A stretch of DNA of 64,000 bases from Flavisolibacter sp. (GTDB lineage: Bacteria; Bacteroidota; Bacteroidia; Chitinophagales; Chitinophagaceae), in NCBI GenBank assembly GCA_035761965.1, contig DASTPZ010000131.1:1925-65924 (forward strand), written 5' to 3'. A program made the position numbers and the translations under genes. Below the pieces are notes generated by a model. It searched no databases. It was not told where the DNA came from and saw only the letters and a list, made by a program, of their open reading frames with translations. This document shows, piece by piece, positions 59,763-64,000 of the stretch. Position 1 is the first letter of the stretch; every line of letters starts with the position of its first letter.

Positions 59763-61574
59763 ATGCAAATCAGAAATATAGCCATCATTGCCCACGTTGA
59801 CCACGGAAAAACGACCCTGGTAGATAAAATCCTGCACGCTACGAAAGTATTCCGCGAAAACCAGGAGACCGGCGACCTCATCATGGACAGCAATGACCTG
59901 GAGCGTGAGCGTGGCATTACGATCTTCAGTAAGAATGCAGCCGTTGAGTACAATGGCGTGAAAATAAATGTGATCGATACACCCGGACACGCTGATTTTG
60001 GCGGAGAGGTTGAACGCGTGCTGAAAATGGCAGATGGTGTTATCCTGCTGGTCGATGCCTTCGAAGGTCCCATGCCGCAGACCCGTTTCGTGCTCCAGAA
60101 AGCCCTCCAGCTGAACCTGAAGCCGATCGTGGTGATCAATAAGGTTGATAAGCCAAACTGCCGTCCCGACGAAGTACACGACGCTGTTTTCGAGCTTTTC
60201 TTCAACCTCGACGCTACTGAAGAGCAGCTCGACTTCCCCACCTATTATGGTTCCGGTAAGAATGGCTGGTTCAACGACAGTCTTACTCCTATCGACAATA
60301 TTACCCCCCTGCTCGACGGTATCATCAAGCATGTGCCGCCCCCAAGCGTATCGGAAGGCAGCCTGCAAATGCAGATCACCTCGCTCGATTATTCTTCTTT
60401 CCTTGGAAGGATCGCGATTGGAAAGGTTTCCCGCAATACGATCAAGGAAAACCAGCCCATTTCCCTTATGCAGGCAGATGGCACCGTCAAAAAATCAAGG
60501 GTGAGAGAGCTCTATGTTTTTGAAGGCATGGGCAAGAAGAAAGTGCAGGAAGTAGTAGCCGGCGATCTTTGTGCCGTGGTTGGACTTGAGGACTTTACCA
60601 TCGGCGACACCATTGCCGATTTTGAGAACCCCGAGGCCCTGCCTGTGATCAGCGTGGACGAGCCTACAATGAACATGATGTTCTCTATCAACAACTCGCC
60701 ATTTTTTGGCAAGGATGGAAAATTCGTTACCTCCCGCCACCTGCGCGACCGCCTGATCAAGGAAACCGAAAAAAATCTCGCCCTCAGGGTTCAGGATACA
60801 GACAGTGCCGATAGCTTTCTTGTTTACGGACGCGGCATCCTCCACCTGGGTATCCTTATCGAGACCATGCGCCGCGAAGGATATGAGCTTACCATCGGTC
60901 AGCCGCAGGTAATCATTAAGACCATCGATGGCGTAAAGAGCGAGCCTTATGAAACCCTGGTAGTAGATGTTCCCCAGGAGTTCGCCTCCAAAGTGATCGA
61001 CCTCGTTACCAGGAGAAAAGGAGAAATGCAGGTAATGGAAACAAAGGGAGAAATGCAGCACCTCGAGTTCGATATACCTTCAAGGGGTCTGATCGGTCTG
61101 CGTACCCAGATGCTTACCAATACTGCCGGCGAAGCGGTGATGAACCACCGTGTAAGCGGCTATAAGCCCTGGAAAGGGCCCATCCCCGGCCGTAACAATG
61201 GTGTACTTATAGCCAAAGAGGCCGGTACGACCACAGGCTATTCCCTCGACAAGCTGCAGGACAGGGGCTTCTTTTTTGTAGACCCGGGAGAAGAGGTGTA
61301 CAGGGGCATGATCATCGGCGAAAACAATAAGCCCGGCGATCTGGTGGTGAACCCGAACGAAGGTAAAAAGCTTACGAACATGCGTGCATCCGGCTCTGAT
61401 GCGGCTACCAGCATTGCACCCAAGCGCCTGATGACCCTTGAAGAATGCATGGAATACATCCAGCAGGATGAGTGCATCGAGGTAACGCCTAACAATATCC
61501 GTATGCGTAAGGTGATCCTGGATGAGGAAGAAAGAAAAAAGCAGCAGAAGAAATTAAGTGCCGAGGCAGCATAA
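59763..61574 (+). CDS. typA: Translational GTPase TypA/BipA
   Basis: AHVDHGKTT, RGITI, DTPGHADF, NKVD, KKLTNMRASG. Confidence 0.97.
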   Translation: MQIRNIAIIAHVDHGKTTLVDKILHATKVFRENQETGDLIMDSNDLERERGITIFSKNAAVEYNGVKINVIDTPGHADFGGEVERVLKMADGVILLVDAFEGPMPQTRFVLQKALQLNLKPIVVINKVDKPNCRPDEVHDAVFELFFNLDATEEQLDFPTYYGSGKNGWFNDSLTPIDNITPLLDGIIKHVPPPSVSEGSLQMQITSLDYSSFLGRIAIGKVSRNTIKENQPISLMQADGTVKKSRVRELYVFEGMGKKKVQEVVAGDLCAVVGLEDFTIGDTIADFENPEALPVISVDEPTMNMMFSINNSPFFGKDGKFVTSRHLRDRLIKETEKNLALRVQDTDSADSFLVYGRGILHLGILIETMRREGYELTIGQPQVIIKTIDGVKSEPYETLVVDVPQEFASKVIDLVTRRKGEMQVMETKGEMQHLEFDIPSRGLIGLRTQMLTNTAGEAVMNHRVSGYKPWKGPIPGRNNGVLIAKEAGTTTGYSLDKLQDRGFFFVDPGEEVYRGMIIGENNKPGDLVVNPNEGKKLTNMRASGSDAATSIAPKRLMTLEECMEYIQQDECIEVTPNNIRMRKVILDEEERKKQQKKLSAEAA

Positions 61575-61591
61575 ACGGTACTAACTTATAC

Positions 61592-61620
61592 AGGCCATCC
61601 TCCCCGGATGGCCTTTTTTT
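61592..61620 (+). terminator. Intrinsic terminator after typA
   Basis: AGGCCATCC-TCCCC-GGATGGCCT followed by a T-run. Confidence 0.85.
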
Positions 61621-61684
61621 ATGGCGGCCTTCTTAGCTTCGCATTACCGCCTACCCTGGCAGGTACTTTGCAATTCCTCAGTTT

Positions 61685-62524
61685 ATGACCAGCAGAACCG
61701 TTTTGTTTATTTTTCTCGTTTGTACCGCCACGGCCTGTGAGCTGAACAACAGTCCGAAGAAGGAAAAGGAAATGAGCTATTCCTATGCCTGCCTGGACAG
61801 CACCCTTAGCGGCAGCCGGCTGAACAAGGGACTCGATAAGGCCGGCGATCTTATCCGCGACCTGGCAGTCGACGAGTCTGCCATTACAGACCAGGTACAG
61901 AACGAATACGGGGCCGCCTTTCACCAGGATGCCGTGCAGAGCGGCACCTTCAAGCTGCTGAAGGACGGGAAGATCGAGTCTGACCTTAAAACCGTGCTTT
62001 CGGAGCTCCTGGCGGCCAGGGAACAGCCTTCGGCCATCCAGTACCAGATCTATGCCCTGAACGACACGGCAATCAATGCATTTACTTTTGGCGGAAGGAT
62101 CTATGTTACCCAAAAAATGTATGAAAAATGCAAGGATAAGACCGCCCTGCTTTATTCTATTGTAGGCCATGAGATCGGGCATTCGGAAAAAGGCCATATC
62201 AAAAGGACCATCCAGGAAATGATACTGTCTAACCGCGTATTTGGCGAAAGAAATGGCGCTACCGTGCTGCAGATCAAAAAGCTGCTGACCGGGTCTTTCA
62301 ACCAGAAAAATGAGCTCGAAGCCGACTATTATGGTACCGATCTGAGCTATAAGCTAGACCAGGATATTTGCGCTGCAGTGTCGTTTTGGAAAGAAATGTC
62401 TCAACAGGAGAATCAATACAGCCAGCTGGAAGATTTTTTCCGCAGTCACCCTTTCTCTAACCTGAGGGCCCAATGCCTTGAAGCGCACATACTGACCAAT
62501 TTTGGGAAGGACTGCAACGACTAG
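61685..62524 (+). CDS. M48 family metallopeptidase lipoprotein
   Basis: Lipobox-like ATAC; INAFTFGG; GHEIGH; ELEADYYG; SHP. Confidence 0.88.
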   Translation: MTSRTVLFIFLVCTATACELNNSPKKEKEMSYSYACLDSTLSGSRLNKGLDKAGDLIRDLAVDESAITDQVQNEYGAAFHQDAVQSGTFKLLKDGKIESDLKTVLSELLAAREQPSAIQYQIYALNDTAINAFTFGGRIYVTQKMYEKCKDKTALLYSIVGHEIGHSEKGHIKRTIQEMILSNRVFGERNGATVLQIKKLLTGSFNQKNELEADYYGTDLSYKLDQDICAAVSFWKEMSQQENQYSQLEDFFRSHPFSNLRAQCLEAHILTNFGKDCND

Positions 62525-62704
62525 GGCCTGGTGCCACTTCAAATTCGGGCTATAGCTTCTGCCATTCGCATGGAACCGTTGGCTATTTACTCGCATTTTC
62601 CGTCATTCACTGGATATAGCTTGTGTTTCACGGGCCTTTTGATTAGGTTTCCTTCCGGATGATGAGGGGGTTCTTTTTCAACCGTAAATTCATCCAACCA
62701 AAGC

Positions 62705-64000
62705 TTGTCTGCCTCAAGAAACATATATGCCCTTCTCATAGCCATCGTATTTAACCTGGCTTGTCCGGATGTTTTTGCACAGCTGCCGGATTATCACCTG
62801 CAGCTTTTTGACAATACCTCCGGCATGAGGCCCGGCTCCATTACAGCGGTTGCCAGGGATAAAAAAGGTTTTCTCTGGATACTCTATCCCCGGCAGGTAC
62901 AGCGTTTCGACGGAAGCAAGATCGAAAGTTTCAAGCCCGAAGGCCCCCTGACGCGCCTGTTCTGCGACGATGCGGACAGGGTCTGGGTCTGCACCGCAGA
63001 AAAGGTTTTCCTGTTCGACCAGTCCATCAAGGCCTTTACAGAAGTGCCCGTGCCGGCACATAAACCCGGTGTATCACTTCCGCTTTTTCAAACACCCGAC
63101 CGGAAAATATGGGTGCTCACCCCGGAGGCTATCTATCCCTATGATGCCTCTGCAGGGCGGTTCTCTCGCAGGGCCTTGCCCTTGCCTCTTCAGCCATCCT
63201 ACAGCACCAGGGTATTCGGCCACCTCGGCTACAGTATTTTCCTGGGTCATGAAGGGCATATTTTCAGGATCGATATCAGGACAGGGAGGAAGGACAGCCT
63301 GCCCGATCTAAAGATCAAAACCATATTTCCCTTGCACGGCGACAGCGCGCTGGTTAGCACCTGGGACGGCACCTCGCATTGGTACAATTTTGCATCGGGT
63401 AGGATCACTGACCTTTGCATACCGGGAAAACCCTCTCCCACCTCGGCATTTTTTGGTGTAAGAAGCATGCTGCCCTTTGCCCCCGGGCGCTTCTTCATGG
63501 CCGCCAATACGGGTATTTACGAATATAACAGCCAGCTGCGCCAGTTCAGGCGCCTTCATATATTCCTTAATGGACGCAAGGTGGCTACCAACGATTATGC
63601 GAACTATATTCACCTCGATCATGAAGGCTATGCCTGGCTTGCCACGGTAGATGGAGTGGGAAGGATACCGGTCAACCATCAGCCCATCGGGCTCCTGCGC
63701 ATCCGGCAGCCGAACGATGAAATGCCCGTGGCCGTGGACAATGTTCGGAAAATGGTGGAGGATAAGAACGGTAATCTCTGGCTCGCCACGGGACATGGCT
63801 TTGTTTGCTGGAACAGGATGAAGGAGGATTGGGAGTTTTTTCTTCCCGCCCACGACCGCGAGGACAGGCTTAGCTTCCCGTCCATCCGCGGCCTCGTATA
63901 CGATGGCAAATACCTGATCCTCGGTCCTACCGATCGAGGCACCTGGCTTTTTGAGCCCGTTACCCGTCGGTACAGGAGACCGGACTACGACTCGGACAGC
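62705..64000 (+). CDS. Two-component regulator propeller-domain sensor, 3' end runs off the window
   Basis: Hand translation from TTG at 62705: signal peptide (VFA-Q), RDKKGFLWI, DDADRVWV and EDKNGNLWLAT propeller repeats; appears open to the window end. Confidence 0.8.
   Translation, partial: MSASRNIYALLIAIVFNLACPDVFAQLPDYHLQLFDNTSGMRPGSITAVARDKKGFLWILYPRQVQRFDGSKIESFKPEGPLTRLFCDDADRVWVCTAEKVFLFDQSIKAFTEVPVPAHKPGVSLPLFQTPDRKIWVLTPEAIYPYDASAGRFSRRALPLPLQPSYSTRVFGHLGYSIFLGHEGHIFRIDIRTGRKDSLPDLKIKTIFPLHGDSALVSTWDGTSHWYNFASGRITDLCIPGKPSPTSAFFGVRSMLPFAPGRFFMAANTGIYEYNSQLRQFRRLHIFLNGRKVATNDYANYIHLDHEGYAWLATVDGVGRIPVNHQPIGLLRIRQPNDEMPVAVDNVRKMVEDKNGNLWLATGHGFVCWNRMKEDWEFFLPAHDREDRLSFPSIRGLVYDGKYLILGPTDRGTWLFEPVTRRYRRPDYDSDS

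Overview
A 64-kb chromosomal window from a Bacteroidota bacterium, most likely Chitinophagaceae. This is inferred from a T9SS-sorted protein, several TonB/outer-membrane barrel genes, LytS/LytTR propeller sensors and TAnnTTTG promoters. About 49 protein-coding genes mix housekeeping functions (zwf, gndA, korB, asnB, metB-like, rnhB, ctaA, typA, Sua5/YciO) with accessory secreted hydrolases, transporters and regulators. I found no rRNA, tRNA, CRISPR array, transposase or integrase. The outstanding anomaly is an AT-rich insertion at about 27030-30170. It carries a hairpin-rich ~450-nt non-coding leader, a 587-aa protein with a C-terminal ApeA-like HEPN RNase motif (RNEIVH), and a membrane-anchored hypothetical gene whose start is displaced by a 1-bp frameshift. 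This is a candidate anti-phage or toxin module, possibly RNA-regulated. Secondary points of interest are a GH1-RmlD fusion, an HxlR/def/osmC cassette, a LytTR-box receptor-PepSY-acylase module, an orphan korB with a structured leader, and a carboxypeptidase-regulatory/serine-hydrolase fusion. All calls come from reading motifs by eye; no database searches were run, and several start codons were adjusted manually.
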